Source: Candidatus Lustribacter sp. (GTDB lineage Bacteria > Vulcanimicrobiota > Vulcanimicrobiia > Vulcanimicrobiales > Vulcanimicrobiaceae). From it: DNA of 64,000 nt. Location of the stretch: assembly GCA_965277805.1 (NCBI GenBank), contig OZ255842.1, positions 5,120,001 through 5,184,000 on the forward strand, given 5' to 3'. The translations under genes and the position numbers were made by a program. Position 1 is the stretch's first letter. The number at the start of each line of letters is the position of its first letter. The notes beneath the pieces are model-generated. The model saw nothing but the letters and a program-made list of their open reading frames with translations, did not search any database and was not told the origin of the DNA. Below, piece after piece: positions 27,776 to 36,745 of this stretch.

Positions 27776-30525
27776 GAAGCGAATCGCCGATCGAGGGCCT
27801 CGGCCGCCTGGCTCCGACGCTGCTCTGCGTGACCGATGCGGACGGCAACCTCGAATTCATGAACGAACGCTGGATGAACGTGCTCGGTGCGCCGTTGCCC
27901 GAGCTGCTCGGCAACCGCTGGGTTTCGTTCGTTCACGCCGACGACGTCGACACGCTGATCCGCGATTTCCGTACCGCCGTCGCGACCGGTGAGCCCTACC
28001 GCGGTGAGTTCCGGATGCGCAACGCCGACGGCGCGTATCGCTGGATCGAAGTTCGCGCGGAGCCCGAGCGTGACGCCGCCGGTTCGATCGTGCGCTGGTT
28101 TGCCGCCGGCCACGACGTCGACGCACAACGCCGCGCGATGGACGCGCTGCAGTTGCTGGCCGAGAGCGGCGCGACCGCGAATTCCGCGCGCGATGTCGAT
28201 GCGCTGTTGGAGGGCGTCACGCGCGCGGCGCTGGCGGGTCTTGCCGACATCGCGTTTTTCGACCTGATCGAATCCGACGGCTGGAGCCGGCGTCTGGGCG
28301 CCGGCGGCGCGGGCGTCTCGCCGGAGGCGATCGAGACGACGTTGAGCTTTCCCACCCGTTTCGGTCAGGCGAACCCGATCTCGCGCGCGATGACCGACGT
28401 GCAAGTCTTGCACTTGGCGCGCGTCGACGAAGAGTACATGATGCGCGCGATCGCGGATCCGCTGCGGCGCGAAGCCTGGCGCACCGTCGGCATCCGCTCG
28501 ATGATCGTGGCGCCGATGATCGTCGCGGGCCGCCGTCTCGGCGGCCTCACGATGTTGCGCACGCTCACGGACCAGGCATTTGAGGCGAGCGACGTGCGCG
28601 TTGTCGAAGAGGTCGCGCGGCGCGCCGCGGTCGCGGTCGAGAACATCCGGCTGACCGAAGCCGCGCGGCGCGAGTCGCACGAACGCGATCAGCAATTCCG
28701 GATGGTCGCGGATTCGATGCCGCTGCTGATGTGGACCGCGAGTGCCGACGGCACGACCGATTGGCACAATCGGCGCTGGTTCGCCTATACGGGTCAGCCC
28801 GAGAGCGCGCCGTTCGAAGTCGGCTGGCAGACGCTGCATCCCGACGACCTCGAGGCCTCCCGGGCCACGTGGAATGCGGCGGTGGAAGCGGGCCAGACTT
28901 TCGAAATCGAACACCGCATTCGCCGCGCCGATGGAGTGTATCGCTGGTTCCTGACACGCGCGACGCCGGAGCGGGATACGAACGGCACCATCGTGCGCTG
29001 GTACGGCACGCACACCGACATCGATGAAGCCCGGCGCGCGCAATACACGCTCGAAGTCTTCTCCGAACTCGGCACCGTGCTCGCGGGTTCGCTCGAAGTC
29101 GAGACCACGCTGGATGCCGTCATGCGCGCGGTCGTGCCGGAGTTCGCCGATTGGGTGCTCATCGATCTCGTGGAAGAGGGTAAGTCGCGGACGGTGGCTC
29201 GCCGGCACCACGACCCCAATGCGCTCGGGTCGATTGCGCCGGAGACCGGACTCGCGGTGCCGCTGATCACCGGCGGAGCGACCTGGGGCAAACTCACCGT
29301 CGGCACGGCCGACGGCCGCGCGTTTACCGCCGCGGACATCGAGTTTTTCGCCGCGCTCGCCCGGCGAATCGCGCCGGCCATCGCCAACGCGCAGCTGTTC
29401 GAACGCGAACGTCTCGTCGCGCGCAGCTTTCAGGATGCTGCATTGCCCGCACAACTCGTCGATATCCCGGCGTGTTCGTTCAGTGCGATCTACGAAGCCG
29501 GGAAGGCCGAGGCACTGGTCGGCGGTGATTGGTACGATGCCTTCGTGCTGGCCGACGGGCGCATCGTGTTGTCGATCGGCGACGTTGCGGGTTCCGGGTT
29601 GCAGGCGGCCGTCACGATGGCCAACATGCGGCAAGCGATCCGGGGCGTGGCCTACGTTCATCCCGATCCCGTGCTGATGCTCGAGGCGGCCGATTTGGCG
29701 TTGCGCAGCGAATCTCCGGATCGCTTCGTGACCGCGTTCGTGGCGGTGATCGATCCGATCGAAAACGTCATGTCGTACACGACTGCCGGACATTTGCCGC
29801 CGTTGCTGATCCCGGCCGGCGGCGAGATCATGCCGCTCGAAGCGTCCGGCTTGCCGCTCGGCTTACGCGAACATGACGGCACGCCGAGCCGTTCGTGCAC
29901 CGTCGAACCCGGTTCGCTGCTCGTGTTCTTTACCGACGGTCTGGTCGAATCGACCCACGACATCGACGAAGGTTATCGGCGGCTCTACGCGGCCTTGCGC
30001 GATCCGGAGATCCTCGCCGCTCCGAACATCGCGTCGCGCATTCGCGACGCGGTCTTGGTCGAGGGCTCGCGCGACGACGTGGCGATCTTGTGCGGGCATT
30101 ATCGCGGCGTCACGCTCGACCGGCATCGCGTCGATGCGCGCAATCAAGCCGACAGCGTGCGCTTCGCGCAGCACCTGGTGTCCGAACTGGAGCGCTGCAG
30201 CTATTCTAAAGAGGCGATCGTGAACGCCGAAATCGTGCTGGCCGAACTCATCGGCAACCTGGTGCGGCACACGCCCGGTACCGCGACGTTCGTGATCGAC
30301 GGCGGGCGCGGGCACGTCGTTTTGCACGCCCTGGATGATGGTCCCGGCTACCGCTTTCTCTCGCGTTTGCCGACGGATACGTTCAGCGAACGCGGCCGCG
30401 GACTGTTCTTGATCTCATCGCTCGCCGAAGCGTTTCATGTGACGCCGCGCGCGTTCGGCGGCAGCCACGCGTGCGTCACGTTCGCAACGCACAGCTGGGA
30501 TTACGTCAGGCCGGCCGGCGCTTGA
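27772..30525 (+). CDS. PAS-GAF-PAS-GAF-SpoIIE (PP2C) phosphatase with C-terminal RsbW-like HATPase domain
   Basis: HADD/HPDD PAS-PAC repeats, VGGDWYD, GDVAGSG, TDGLVE, DDVA, ELIGNLVRH, DDGPG, ERGRGLFLI. Confidence 0.9.
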   Translation: MRSESPIEGLGRLAPTLLCVTDADGNLEFMNERWMNVLGAPLPELLGNRWVSFVHADDVDTLIRDFRTAVATGEPYRGEFRMRNADGAYRWIEVRAEPERDAAGSIVRWFAAGHDVDAQRRAMDALQLLAESGATANSARDVDALLEGVTRAALAGLADIAFFDLIESDGWSRRLGAGGAGVSPEAIETTLSFPTRFGQANPISRAMTDVQVLHLARVDEEYMMRAIADPLRREAWRTVGIRSMIVAPMIVAGRRLGGLTMLRTLTDQAFEASDVRVVEEVARRAAVAVENIRLTEAARRESHERDQQFRMVADSMPLLMWTASADGTTDWHNRRWFAYTGQPESAPFEVGWQTLHPDDLEASRATWNAAVEAGQTFEIEHRIRRADGVYRWFLTRATPERDTNGTIVRWYGTHTDIDEARRAQYTLEVFSELGTVLAGSLEVETTLDAVMRAVVPEFADWVLIDLVEEGKSRTVARRHHDPNALGSIAPETGLAVPLITGGATWGKLTVGTADGRAFTAADIEFFAALARRIAPAIANAQLFERERLVARSFQDAALPAQLVDIPACSFSAIYEAGKAEALVGGDWYDAFVLADGRIVLSIGDVAGSGLQAAVTMANMRQAIRGVAYVHPDPVLMLEAADLALRSESPDRFVTAFVAVIDPIENVMSYTTAGHLPPLLIPAGGEIMPLEASGLPLGLREHDGTPSRSCTVEPGSLLVFFTDGLVESTHDIDEGYRRLYAALRDPEILAAPNIASRIRDAVLVEGSRDDVAILCGHYRGVTLDRHRVDARNQADSVRFAQHLVSELERCSYSKEAIVNAEIVLAELIGNLVRHTPGTATFVIDGGRGHVVLHALDDGPGYRFLSRLPTDTFSERGRGLFLISSLAEAFHVTPRAFGGSHACVTFATHSWDYVRPAGA

Positions 30526-30955
30526 CGAACACGATCGTTGAAAACGTCAGCACGTCTTCAGCACGCTGATTGAGCACGCGGAACGCCGCGCGCACGAGGC
30601 CGCGGTCGGGCTTCGATGCCGACGGGCGCGCTTCGATCACGGTCGCGATCGTGTGCAGCGTATCGCCCGGCCGCACCGGCTGCAGCCAGCGCAGCTCGTC
30701 CATGCCCGGCGATCCGAAGCTCGTGCCTTCCAGCACGCCGGTGCCGAGAAACATGCGGAAACCGACCGACAGCGTTTGGAAGCCGCTGGCGATCAGCCCG
30801 CCGTAGGGCGATGACTTCGCGGCTTCGACGTCGATGTGGAAGTTTTGCGGATCGTACATCGTCGCAAACGCGATCATCGATTCGAGCGTTAGCGTTTGAC
30901 CGGCCGAGACGATTTCCGAGCCGACCGTGAACTCTTCGAAATAACGTCCGATCAC
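30506..30955 (-). CDS. MaoC family dehydratase
   Basis: YFEEF, YDPQNFHID, GGLIASG, LRWLQPVRPGDTL, SKPDRG. Confidence 0.9.
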   Translation of the reverse strand: MIGRYFEEFTVGSEIVSAGQTLTLESMIAFATMYDPQNFHIDVEAAKSSPYGGLIASGFQTLSVGFRMFLGTGVLEGTSFGSPGMDELRWLQPVRPGDTLHTIATVIEARPSASKPDRGLVRAAFRVLNQRAEDVLTFSTIVFVKRRPA

Positions 30956-32607
30956 ATCGAATCCGGTGCCGTGATGCCGCACAGCTCGAGCGCTTTGGCC
31001 AGCACCGTCTGCGCGGCCAAGGCGAGTCCGAGGCGCGCGACCGTCAGCTCGCGATCGTCGCTCAAGATGATGCAGTCGGAATAGAACTGGTGGAAGTCGG
31101 CCGCTACGTCGCGGGCGTATTTCGGCAGACGATGCGGCGCCAGGGTGCGCGCCACTCCCGCGACGACCGAGCCGAACTCCGCCAGGCGGCGTGCGAGCGC
31201 GATCTCGCTGGGTTCGCTCAACCGCTCGAGGTGCTCGCCGCGTTTGGCCGCCGCAACGAGCTCCGCGTCGCGCTCGACCGCCTTGCGCAGCACCGACGCG
31301 ATGCGCGCGTGACCGTACTGCACGTAGTACACGGGGTTGTCGTTCGACTTCTCTTTCGCCAGCGCCAGATCGAACGTCAACGGCTGATCGATCGAGAGCA
31401 TCACGAAGAAGAAGCGCGCGGCGTCGACGCCGACCTCATCGATGATCTCGGCCAGCGTAACGATTTGCCCGGCGCGCTTGGACATCGAGACGATCTCGTC
31501 GCCGCGTTTGAGCGTGATCTGCTGCGCGATCAGCACCTCGATCGCGCCGTGGCGATTATAGGCGTCGGCGAGCGAGCGCAAGCGCGCGATGTAGCCGTGA
31601 TGGTCGGGGCCAAGGATGTCGATCACGCGGTCGGCGCGTTGCAGCTTGTCGTAATGATAGGCGACGTCGTTGGCAAAGTAAGCCGGACGGCCGCTCGAAC
31701 GTACGATCACGCGGTCTTCGTTGTCGCCGCTGGCGGTCGTGCGCAGCCAGAGCGCGCCGTCCTTGTCGTAAGTCAGCCCGAATTCGCGTAAGCGTGCGAT
31801 CCCGGTCTCGATCGCGCCGGCTTCGTGCAGCGCCTTCTCGCTCTGCCAGAGGTCGAACGTCACGCCGAAGCGCGCGGCGACGGCCTGTTGCTCTCGTACG
31901 TTCGCATCGCGTCCGAAGGTGGCGAAGTACGGCATCCACTCGGCTTCCGGCGCGGTACGCCAGCGCTCGCCGTCGACTTCGCGGATCAGCGCCGCGATCG
32001 GAATGAGGTAGTCGCCCGGATAGCCGTCGTCGGGAAACGGAAATGCCGGGTCCCACTGCTGCATGTAGCGAGCGTAGAGCGAACGAGCGAGCGTGTCCAT
32101 CTGCGAGCCCGCGTCGTTGATGATCCACTCGGTGAACACGTCGTAGCCGGCGAAGCGCAGCGTTTTCGCCAGCGTGTCGCCGATCGAGAGCGTTCGTCCT
32201 TGCACGACGACCAGCGGACCGGTCGGGTTCGCGCTGCCGAATTCGAGCGAGATGCGTTCGTTCTGCGGCTCGCCGTGACCGAAGTTCGGGCCTTCGCGCA
32301 GCGCGGTTGCGATCGTGCGCTGCCAGAACGCCGGCACGAGGCGCAGGTTGATGAACCCGGCGGCCGCCGTCGCTTCGCTCACGGTCGCGCGCACGTCGCC
32401 GTCTTCCAGCGCGCGGGCGATGATGGCGTTGGCGATGTCGAGCGGTTTCTTTTTCGCGCTCTTCGCGAGGCCGAACGCGACGTTGGTCGCAACGTCGCCA
32501 TGCTCGGCGCGGCGCGGCGGTTCGAACGAGACGTTCGCTTCGCCCTCCGGATAGAGCGCCTTGGCCGCGGCTTCAAAGCGCGCGGCGAGCGCCGGCAGAT
32601 CGAGCAT
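30952..32607 (-). CDS. argS: Arginine--tRNA ligase
   Basis: HGDVATN, GFIN, SANPTGPL, INDAG, DVAYH, GPDHHGY, MSKRAG, NPVYYVQYGHARI, APDSM. Confidence 0.95.
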   Translation of the reverse strand: MLDLPALAARFEAAAKALYPEGEANVSFEPPRRAEHGDVATNVAFGLAKSAKKKPLDIANAIIARALEDGDVRATVSEATAAAGFINLRLVPAFWQRTIATALREGPNFGHGEPQNERISLEFGSANPTGPLVVVQGRTLSIGDTLAKTLRFAGYDVFTEWIINDAGSQMDTLARSLYARYMQQWDPAFPFPDDGYPGDYLIPIAALIREVDGERWRTAPEAEWMPYFATFGRDANVREQQAVAARFGVTFDLWQSEKALHEAGAIETGIARLREFGLTYDKDGALWLRTTASGDNEDRVIVRSSGRPAYFANDVAYHYDKLQRADRVIDILGPDHHGYIARLRSLADAYNRHGAIEVLIAQQITLKRGDEIVSMSKRAGQIVTLAEIIDEVGVDAARFFFVMLSIDQPLTFDLALAKEKSNDNPVYYVQYGHARIASVLRKAVERDAELVAAAKRGEHLERLSEPSEIALARRLAEFGSVVAGVARTLAPHRLPKYARDVAADFHQFYSDCIILSDDRELTVARLGLALAAQTVLAKALELCGITAPDSM

Positions 32608-32617
32608 CGTGCCGTCG

Positions 32618-33079
32618 CTAGTGATGGTAGGGTTCATTCGCAGCGATCTTCGCCGCGCGATACAATTGCTCCAGCACGAGCGCGCGCGCCCATTCGTGCA
32701 AGAGCGTTAGTTGCGAGAGCGACCAGCGAAATTGTGCGCGCGCGAACAGCGCCGGCGCTGCACCGTACGTTCCCGCGATGACGATCGTGAGTTGTGAAGT
32801 GCCTTCGACCGGCAATCGTTCGATGCGCCCGGCGAGCGCTTCGCTCGAGAGCTCGGTGCCGGTGCGTTCGAGCAGCCACAGCGTCTCGCTCGGCGCGACG
32901 AGGCGCAGGATTGCTTCGGCCTCGTCGCTCATCGAACGCGCCGCATCGCTGCCGTCGCCGGCGCGCACCTCGACTTCCTCGAGCCGGTGATAGGGCCGCA
33001 GCCGGCGACGGAAGTCGTCGGCAGCGGCGATGAGGTAGGGTTCGCGCAGCTTGCCGACCGCGATGAGGCGCAGGTGCAT
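32618..33079 (-). CDS. rlmH: 23S rRNA (pseudouridine1915-N3)-methyltransferase
   Basis: IAVGKLRE, SLSQLTLLHE, LEQLYRA, EPYH. Confidence 0.92.
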   Translation of the reverse strand: MHLRLIAVGKLREPYLIAAADDFRRRLRPYHRLEEVEVRAGDGSDAARSMSDEAEAILRLVAPSETLWLLERTGTELSSEALAGRIERLPVEGTSQLTIVIAGTYGAAPALFARAQFRWSLSQLTLLHEWARALVLEQLYRAAKIAANEPYHH

Positions 33080-33100
33080 CGCGCCCGAGGTTCGCCCCGC

Positions 33101-33976
33101 CTAGGCGGACGACCGCCGGAAGCGGCCGTCGGGGCCGCTGACGATCGTGCCGGCCGCCAGCAGATCGCCGATCCGCGCCAGCGCCAGCACCGGCGGCAGC
33201 TCGCACGACGCCACCACCGCGTCGGCATCGGCCGGCCCGCCGCCCAGCAGCGCGAGGATCCGCGCGTCGACCGGGTCGGCCGCCGGCACCGGCTCGGCCG
33301 GAGCGGCCGCGGCGCGGGCGATGCCGAGCTGGGCCAGGACGTCGGCGGCATCGCGCACCAGGGTCGCGCCGTCGCGGATAAGGGCCAGGCACCCGGCGGC
33401 CTTCGGGCGCCCGACGTCGCCGGGGAAGGCCATGACGGGGATGCCGCGGTCGGCCGCCCAGGAAGCGGTGTTCAAGGCCCCGCTGCGGGCGGCGGCTTCG
33501 ACCACGACCACGCCGTCGGAGAGCGCCGCCACGATGCCGTTGCGCGCCAGAAATTGCCACGGGAAGGCCGGGTGGTCGGGCGGGTACGGCGAGAGCACCG
33601 CGCCGCCCCCGGCGACGATGCGGCGGGCCAGCTCGGCATTGCGCGGCGGGAAGAAGCGGTCGTGCCCGCCGCCCAGCACGCCGAGCGTCGGCGCCCGGGC
33701 CGCTAGCGCTCCCTCATGGGCCGCCGCGTCGATTCCGAGCGCCAGTCCTGAGACGACGCAGACGCCGGCGGCCGCGAGCTCGGAGGCGAGGCGCAGGGCC
33801 AGCCGCCGGCCGTCCTCCGACGGCGCCCGGGTGCCCACCACCGCCACGGTCGGGGCGGCCAGGGCCGACAGCTCGCCGGCCACCCAGAGGCCGTCGAGGG
33901 CCGACCCGGCCAGGCGCCCGTACGCGGCCGCGGCGAGTTCGGCGCGGGTCAGGTAGCGGCGAAGAGAGTCCTGCAT
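33101..33976 (-). CDS. dprA: DNA-processing protein DprA (short form)
   Basis: VAVVGTR, VSGLALGIDAAAH, FLARNGIVAALS, VVEAAARSGALNTA, LIRDGA. Confidence 0.92.
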   Translation of the reverse strand: MQDSLRRYLTRAELAAAAYGRLAGSALDGLWVAGELSALAAPTVAVVGTRAPSEDGRRLALRLASELAAAGVCVVSGLALGIDAAAHEGALAARAPTLGVLGGGHDRFFPPRNAELARRIVAGGGAVLSPYPPDHPAFPWQFLARNGIVAALSDGVVVVEAAARSGALNTASWAADRGIPVMAFPGDVGRPKAAGCLALIRDGATLVRDAADVLAQLGIARAAAAPAEPVPAADPVDARILALLGGGPADADAVVASCELPPVLALARIGDLLAAGTIVSGPDGRFRRSSA

Positions 33977-34105
33977 GCCGGGCCATCACGACAACCGGCC
34001 CGGAAGAAAGGCCAGGAATCCGTGAGGTGCCTCGGAATGTCGAGGCCCGAGCCCGGCCGGACGTACGGTACGCGGTCGGGGACACTAAGCAAAGGGGAAT
34101 CCGAA

Positions 34106-34255
34106 ATGGCAGCCGAGGCGTACTGCGTGAAGTGCAAGACCAAGCGCGAGATGAAAGACGCGACCCAGATTCAGATGAAAAATGGCCGTCCTGCGACGGA
34201 AGGCAAGTGCCCGGTGTGCGGCACGAAAATGTTCAAGATCGGAGCCGCCAAGTAG
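34106..34255 (+). CDS. Small basic Zn-ribbon protein, DUF5679-like (49 aa)
   Basis: AYCVKCKTKREM...KNGRPATEGKCPVCGTKMFKIG; AGGGGA SD. Confidence 0.8.
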   Translation: MAAEAYCVKCKTKREMKDATQIQMKNGRPATEGKCPVCGTKMFKIGAAK

Positions 34256-34296
34256 GGCGGGCACGGAGATTGGGCAGGTCGTAGTATACTAGATCA

Positions 34297-34318
34297 GGAC
34301 CACTACATATTGTGGTCC
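34297..34318. promoter_or_regulatory. NrdR-box-like operator upstream of nrdR
   Basis: GGACCAC-TACATATT-GTGGTCC palindrome resembling acaCwAtATaTwGtg; TATACT -10 at 34285-34290. Confidence 0.75.
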
Positions 34319-34340
34319 GTGCTGCCGCGGGGGCCGCGAC

Positions 34341-34787
34341 CTGATTTGTCCCACTTGCCGTAAGAGCGAGACGCGCGTCGTCGATTCCCGCGATGACGAA
34401 AACGTCGTCCGCCGGCGGCGCGAATGTCTTGCCTGCAAGCACCGCTTCACCACTTACGAGCGGATGGAAGCCCCGCGCTTATTCGTCGTCAAAAAAGACG
34501 GCCGTCGCGAACAGTACAATCGCGACAAGATCCTGAGCGGCCTTCGCAGGGCCTGCGAGAAGCGTCCGGTTTCGGACGCGCAGATGGAAGAGATCGTCTC
34601 CGGTCTCGAGCGCTCGATGTTCGCCGGTGGCGAGAGCGAAGTTCAGTCCGCGCTCGTCGGTGAGAAGTTGATGGAAGCCCTCAAGGCCGTCGACCCGGTC
34701 GCCTACATCCGGTTCGCGAGCGTGTACCGCTCGTTCCGCGACGTCGAGAGCTTCCAGGCCGAGCTGGCCGAACTGCTGAGCAAGTAA
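34341..34787 (+). CDS. nrdR: Transcriptional repressor NrdR (probable CTG start)
   Basis: Manual translation LICPTC..TRVVDSR...RRRRECLACKHRFTTYE is in frame with the ATP-cone VVKKDGRRE...VAYIRFASVY. Confidence 0.93.
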   Translation: MICPTCRKSETRVVDSRDDENVVRRRRECLACKHRFTTYERMEAPRLFVVKKDGRREQYNRDKILSGLRRACEKRPVSDAQMEEIVSGLERSMFAGGESEVQSALVGEKLMEALKAVDPVAYIRFASVYRSFRDVESFQAELAELLSK

Positions 34788-34789
34788 TC

Positions 34790-35251
34790 ATGAAGGTCGA
34801 GCTCAAGGTGCTCGACGAGCGCGTCCGCGCGTGGGGTCTGCCGCGTTACCAGAGCGAGATGGCGGCCGCCGTCGACCTCTTCGCGTGCCTCGACGAACGG
34901 CTGCTCGTCGCGCCGCACTCCCCCGCGCAATTCGTGCCGGCGGGAATCGCCATCCACATCGGTGACCCGAGCGTCGCGGCGATCATCGTGCCGCGCTCGG
35001 GCCTCGGGCATAAGAAAGGGCTCGTGCTCGGGAATCTGGTCGGCGTGATCGATGCCGACTACACTGGTGCTGTGCTGATCAGCGTGTGGAATCGCAGCGA
35101 ACCCGGCTCGGCCCCGATCGTCATCGAGCCCGGCGACCGCATCGCGCAGTTGATGTTCGTGCCGGTCGTGCGGCCGGCGTTCGACGTCGTGGATGAGTTC
35201 ACGGCGTTGAGCGTGCGCGGCGCCGGCGGCTTCGGCTCGACCGGGCAGTGA
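34790..35251 (+). CDS. dut: dUTP diphosphatase
   Basis: PRSG, GVIDADYTG, GDRIAQL, RGAGGFGSTG. Confidence 0.95.
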   Translation: MKVELKVLDERVRAWGLPRYQSEMAAAVDLFACLDERLLVAPHSPAQFVPAGIAIHIGDPSVAAIIVPRSGLGHKKGLVLGNLVGVIDADYTGAVLISVWNRSEPGSAPIVIEPGDRIAQLMFVPVVRPAFDVVDEFTALSVRGAGGFGSTGQ

Positions 35252-35258
35252 CGGGCGC

Positions 35259-36236
35259 GTGAAGGTCTACGTCGTCGGCGCCGGGGCGGTTGGGCGATAC
35301 CTCGGCGAGTTGTTGCGCGGTACCGGCAACGACGTCGTGTATGCGCCGCGCGATCTCGCGTCGGTCGAACCGTACGCGGCCGATCTCGCGATCGTCGCGG
35401 TAAAGGCCTACGACACCGGCGGCGCGATCGAGACGTTGCGCCGCGCGCTCGGCGACGCGCCGTCGGCTGCGATCGTGACGCCGCAGAACGGCGTCGGAAA
35501 TGAAGAAGCGCTGGCCGCCGCGTTCGGCGCCGATGCGATCGTCGCGTGCGCGTTGACCGTGCCGGTTGAAACCGATCGCGACGGCAAACCGCTGGCGGCA
35601 AACGGCGGCGGCATCGCGTTCGCGCCGGTCGGAGCGGCCGCGCACAATTGGTTGCTCGCTACGTTCGGCGCAACCGGGCTACCGGTGATCGCGGCGGCCG
35701 ATTATCGCGCGCTGAAGTGGTCGAAGCTCGCGCTGAACGTCGTCGCCAACGCGTCGTGCGCGATCCTCAACGTGCTGCCCGAACGCCTGGTGCACTCGGG
35801 CGACGCGTTCGAATTGGAACTGCGCCAGATTCGCGAAGTGCGCGCGGTGATGCGCGCGCTCGGCATCGCGTCGGTCGATCTGCCGCGGTATCCGGTGCGT
35901 GCGCTGCAGGGCATAGCCTCGCTGCCGGCGCCGGTCGCGCGCGTCATTCTGGCCAACCGCATCGCCGGTGCGCGCGGCCGGAAGCCGCCGTCGCTGCTGC
36001 TCGATCTGCGCGCGATGCGCAACCGAACCGAAGTCGACTTTCTGAACGGCGCGGTCGCGCGCGCCGCCCGGACCGCCGGCGTGAAGGCGCCGGTGAACAC
36101 GGTCTTCGCCCGGATCGTTAGTGACATCGCGCACATGCCCCAACTGTGGGCGAAATACCGCGAACGTCCCGACGCGCTTGCAGCGGAGGTTGAGGCCGAA
36201 GTTTCCCGCACGGAGCACGTGCCGGCATTCCGGTAA
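35259..36236 (+). CDS. panE: Ketopantoate reductase family protein
   Basis: GAGAVG, VKAYD, QNG, WSKLALN, SLLLDL, TEVDFLNG. Confidence 0.8.
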   Translation: MKVYVVGAGAVGRYLGELLRGTGNDVVYAPRDLASVEPYAADLAIVAVKAYDTGGAIETLRRALGDAPSAAIVTPQNGVGNEEALAAAFGADAIVACALTVPVETDRDGKPLAANGGGIAFAPVGAAAHNWLLATFGATGLPVIAAADYRALKWSKLALNVVANASCAILNVLPERLVHSGDAFELELRQIREVRAVMRALGIASVDLPRYPVRALQGIASLPAPVARVILANRIAGARGRKPPSLLLDLRAMRNRTEVDFLNGAVARAARTAGVKAPVNTVFARIVSDIAHMPQLWAKYRERPDALAAEVEAEVSRTEHVPAFR

Positions 36237-36259
36237 GCACGACGAAGAGCGCCTCGCTC

Positions 36260-36745
36260 TTGGCGGTCTGTTCCCTGTCGCGGGCGCAGCCCGGCGGCTG
36301 CGCCTGGTGCGGGGAACCGTTGCCGCCGCGCCGCCGCACGTGGTGCAGCGACCGCTGCGGCGAGGCGTTTTGGAACAATCACTGGTGGTCCCAGGCGCGG
36401 CGGGCCGCGAAGCGGCGCGACAAGTACCGCTGCAGCCGCTGCGGCCACGTGGCACCGAAGCGGCCCTCGCGCGTTCGCTTCCCGAGCGAACGAGCGTATA
36501 AGGCCGCGATGCGCGCGTGGCGCGCGGGCCGGCCGGCGAACCGTCTGGAGGTCAACCACCGCGAGCCGGCGCTCGGGGCGCATCGGACCTTGAGCTGCCT
36601 GCACCATTTGGAAAACCTCGAGACGCTGTGCGTCGCGTGCCACAAAGAGACGACGGCCGCCACGCGGCCCCGGCGGCCGCCGGCTGACGGGGTACCGCCG
36701 GGGGCTCCGCCGAAGCGCGGGCAGGTGCGGAAGGTCAGCGGGTGA
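36260..36745 (+). CDS. HNH endonuclease family protein with an extra N-terminal Zn finger
   Basis: CAWCG..WCSDRC; RDKYRCSRCG; LEVNH; NLETLCVACH. Confidence 0.8.
   Translation: MAVCSLSRAQPGGCAWCGEPLPPRRRTWCSDRCGEAFWNNHWWSQARRAAKRRDKYRCSRCGHVAPKRPSRVRFPSERAYKAAMRAWRAGRPANRLEVNHREPALGAHRTLSCLHHLENLETLCVACHKETTAATRPRRPPADGVPPGAPPKRGQVRKVSG

Noticed and set aside
27760..29793. Long antisense ORFs (this one, 45658-47730, 38729-40231, 18624-20153, 11744-13072) and frameshifted 41098-42756
   Set aside because: Typical high-GC shadow frames with no motifs, overlapping well-supported genes
34464..34787. Truncated ATP-cone-only NrdR
   Set aside because: The Zn-ribbon domain is intact in frame upstream from CTG 34341
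36260..36745. IscB/Cas9-like or intron-encoded HNH element
   Set aside because: Only 161 aa, no RuvC motifs, and no room for a flanking ncRNA, repeats or intron
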